Under the pieces are notes generated by a model. It saw only the letters and a program-made list of their open reading frames with translations, did not search any database and was not told where the DNA came from. DNA of 64,000 nucleotides from Octopus bimaculoides (lineage: Eukaryota), in NCBI RefSeq assembly GCF_001194135.2, contig NC_068993.1, positions 28,154,599 through 28,218,598 of the forward strand, given 5' to 3'. This document shows, piece after piece, positions 63,634 through 64,000 of this stretch. Numbering within the stretch: position 1 is the stretch's first letter; every line of letters starts with the position of its first letter. The position numbers were made by a program, and so were the translations under genes.

Positions 63634-64000
63634 TTATTTATTACTAGCAGAGGCACCCGGCGTTGCCCTGGAATGAAATTGTTGCTTATATACTGGAAGT
63701 AAAAAAGCTAAATATGCTGTATAGAAATTTTAAGACATTCTGTAGATGGACTCTCAGATGAATGATGGCTGGGCGCCTCTCATGAAAGGGAAAATTGAAG
63801 ATGCACCAAAAAGCCTCATTGGTACTTGGAAACTTTTACGAAAATTAAAATGGGGATTAAATGAAAAAATGATTTACGTGAATATCCTCACAAGAGTAAT
63901 TGAAATAAATGGCGATTGTNNNNNNNNNNCCCCCACGCTCACACACACACACACATCAGATGAAATGGACGTGTGTGTGTGTGACAGAGAGAGAATGATA

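Overview
Eukaryotic, AT-rich, repeat-dense DNA, most likely from an octopus. This is inferred from the tRNA/CORE-type SINE families, RTE-clade LINE load and microsatellite density; no database check was possible. The window is almost entirely intronic to one + strand gene, a Tec-family (Btk29A-like) tyrosine kinase. Three coding exons join in frame with GT-AG sites: PH-domain C-terminus (8691-8784), Btk zinc motif (35030-35167) and linker plus SH3 start (40942-41072). The introns hold decayed RTE, RTE-X-like, Dong/R4, HERO, Penelope-like and Gypsy retroelements, SINEs, Tc1/mariner/maT/hAT/piggyBac/pogo/Helitron elements and many inverted repeats. The most notable signals are: (1) three short non-coding head-to-head elements with outward-facing minimal type I hammerhead ribozyme motifs, two of them with tRNA-like heads; in all three the host-sense copy has a broken core or cleavage site while the antisense copy keeps the core; (2) a 12.8 kb nested block bounded by hAT-type TIRs and a perfect 8-bp TSD, about half of the 26 kb intron; (3) a full-length DD36E (Incomer-type) Tc1 element. 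No prokaryotic genes, CRISPR arrays, rRNA or true tRNA genes were seen. There are seven N gaps. Repeat boundaries are read by eye and approximate unless TIR or TSD coordinates are given.
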